Of a stretch of 64,000 nucleotides of DNA, positions 61,905 to 64,000 are shown one piece after another (the stretch's first letter is position 1; each line of letters opens with the position of its first letter). This DNA is from Malacoraja senta. Its lineage: Eukaryota. The notes below the pieces were generated by a model that did no database searches, was not told the origin of the DNA, and saw nothing but the letters and a program-made list of their open reading frames with translations. The stretch lies in NCBI GenBank assembly GCA_038087875.1, contig CM076001.1, forward strand, positions 870,001-934,000, written 5' to 3'. Both the position numbers and the translations under genes were made by a program.

Positions 61905-62082
61905 AACGGTCCCTGGGCATCTGGAAAGCAAAGCCCCGCGCTGTTTAACTACTCCCTACCAGGACGCTGCTCCTCCTTCTGCAACGGTCCCTGGGCGTCT
62001 GGAAAGCAAAGCCCCGCGCTGTTTAACTACTCCCTACCCGGACGCTGCTCCTCCTTCTGCAACGGTCCCTGGGCGTCTGGAA
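61905..62082. repeat. 78-bp tandem repeat, about 2.3 copies, at the CR1 5' end
   Basis: AACGGTCCCTGGGC starts at 61905, 61983 and 62061. Confidence 0.92.
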
Positions 62083-62139
62083 GATCAAAAGGCTCAAATA
62101 TGAACTTCTTTCAGACCCTTCGTATTCCATGACATAAAA

Positions 62140-62450
62140 TGTTTGGTAGAGCTGCTGCCTCCCAGCGCCAGAGAACCAGGTTCAATCCTGACCTCGGATG
62201 TTTGCACACTCACCCTGTAATGGCGTGGGTTTCCTCCTTGTGCTCGTTTCCTCCTTGTGCTCGTTTCCTCCCACATCCCAAAGTCATGTGGGTTTGTAGG
62301 TTAATTGGCCTCTGTAAATTTTCCCCAAGTGTATGGAGAGTGATGCAATAATGGGATAACATAGAACTGGAGGTAATAGGTGATTTGTGGTCGGCATGGA
62401 CTTGGTAGGCTGTTGGGCTTGTTTCCATGCTGTATCTCTTGACTAAACTC
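62140..62450 (+). mobile_element. HE1-like SINE (a second, more degenerate copy at about 62560-62830)
   Basis: GGTAGAGCTGCTGCC, B box GGTTCAATCC, TTTCCTCCCACATCCCAAAG, CR1-like tail. Confidence 0.82.
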
Positions 62451-62999
62451 ATGCTGTGTGTGTTTGGTATGAATGCATCTTCTGTGAGGGACACCTTTTA
62501 AGTTTCCTGATCTCATTCCATCTGTGGTCAGCCAATATTTCTGGTAACTGGAGCCATAAAATGCTGGGTTTAATCCTGACCACCGTACTGTCTCTATTGA
62601 GCTTGCACCTTTTCGTTACACCCATGTGGGATTCCCCTGGGTGCTCCGGTTGTCTCCCACATCCCAAATCTGTACTGATGGACTAACTGGCTACTGTAAA
62701 TCACCCCTGGGGATGATGAGTGGTGAGAGATTCAGTGGGAAGTTAATGGATATGTCAGAAAGAGTAGGTAGCAGGAAATAAATAGGAGAATGGGATTGAT
62801 GGGATTATTCTAAGAGCCAGCATAAACTTGATGGAATGATTAGAAGATTAGAAATATTAGAAGATTAGAAATATTAGAAGAAGGTGCTTCTTAAAATCTG
62901 GAAAGAAGTTCATGGATTATGTTAGTTCCAAGGATATCATGAAGAACACACTTGTTGATTGTAGAGGACAAAGTTCCCAACAACCATTGGCAAGAAAAT

Positions 63000-63295
63000 G
63001 GTTGGTTTCCCATGGAGGAAATGCCCAACACTAGAAGGCATAGCTTTAAGGTGAGAGGAGGAGGAAAGGAGATGTATGAGGCAAGTTATTTGCACAGCAG
63101 GTGTCTGGGACTCGCTGCCAGGGGTGGTGGTGGAAGCAGATATGATAAAGGTGTTTAAAAGGCTTTTGGATATGCATATGTACTTGCAGGGAATGGAGGG
63201 ATTTGGGTCACATGGAAGCAGAAAGGATTAGTTTAATTTGCTATCATGTTTGGCCCGTTTGGGCCCGTTCCTCTGCTGCACTGCTCTATATTCTA
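63000..63295 (+). mobile_element. Degenerate CR1 3' fragment
   Basis: ACTAGAAGGCATAGCTTTAAGGTGAGAGG...GGCCCGTTCCTCTGCTGCACTGCTCTAT. Confidence 0.75.
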
Positions 63296-64000
63296 AATAA
63301 TAAGTCCTTATTTGGCTATTTTGCTCAAAGCTGCTGAATACATGACGGGAATCCTAACCTCTGAAGTCAAGACCCACTGGTGTGATGGAGATCGGGGCGA
63401 GATGGAGTGCAGAAGCACAAATGTAAACGAAAGGTAAAGTGGTAGCTGAGCTGTTTATCTTTCATCAATACAAAATCAAAATGTAGCTAGGTAACTCCTT
63501 CAAACGGCTTGCTCCTAATTATTGGCTGTAACTAGTTTAATTACTTGACTGTTTAATTATGTTTCCAATTAACATCTACAGTATGTGTCCACCTTACAAT
63601 ACACACTGAGACATGCCGTCATAATAAAACCAGATTTCAACGCAGGATGACAAGTACTCAAATTAACTACAATTTTTGTAACATTTTCTACATGGCAAAC
63701 TGTCCCAAGGCACTGCTGATCTGGACACAATTTAGTATGATAGGACAGTGGATAAGTAGGGTGCCAGTGATCTCTTCGTTCATTGAGCCAACAGTTCTGC
63801 AAACAGCTAAGGACATGAGCAGATCCTACAGAAGTGCACTCTTATACGTGAAAGAAAATGTCCAACAATGTTGTCTTTTCCCAAGGGCAGGAAATTCAGT
63901 GATATAACTGCTTATTGAGAAAACTTTTTTTGTTGTTGAATAAAGCAATGCCCTTTCAGAATAGTTTTGCTGCATTCAGAACACTTAAAGAGGCACTCTC

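Larger units (their letters stand above)
57754..62082 (-). mobile_element. Full-length CR1 LINE
   Basis: Tandem-repeat 5' UTR, ORF1, ORF2, 3' UTR ending GAAGGGCCGAGATGGCCTGTTTCCGTGCTG followed by a TTATG-type repeat tail. Confidence 0.95.

Noticed and set aside
57750..62085. AGAT as a TSD of the full-length CR1
   Set aside because: Only 4 bp and could be chance; the adjacent Tc1-like fragment does not resume on the far side.
62843..62881. 17-bp tandem duplication AGAAGATTAGAAATATT
   Set aside because: Ordinary slippage duplication.

Overview
Repeat-dense, gene-poor vertebrate DNA. The mix of HE1-like tRNA-derived SINEs, CR1 LINEs with (CTATGTTT)n-type tails, Penelope-like elements (PLEs) and L1/Tx1 suggests a cartilaginous fish such as a skate, ray or shark (inference). 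I recognise no host protein-coding gene; every convincing ORF belongs to a retroelement. Main contents: a full-length, apparently intact CR1 LINE (57754-62082, minus; zinc finger/SGNH-esterase ORF1, APE-RT ORF2, 78-bp 5' monomers); two TSD-flanked L1 copies; a Rex1/Babar-like LINE; a Tx1-like LINE with an inversion; a Penelope GIY-YIG remnant; about 20 short PLE terminal-repeat copies carrying a minimal hammerhead-ribozyme motif, several as TSD-flanked hairpins; six PIF/Harbinger-type MITEs; non-autonomous Helitron-like elements, two fused head-to-tail; a possible solo LTR; and a perfect 76-bp-arm palindrome. Coordinates were read by eye, and boundaries of degenerate repeats are approximate.
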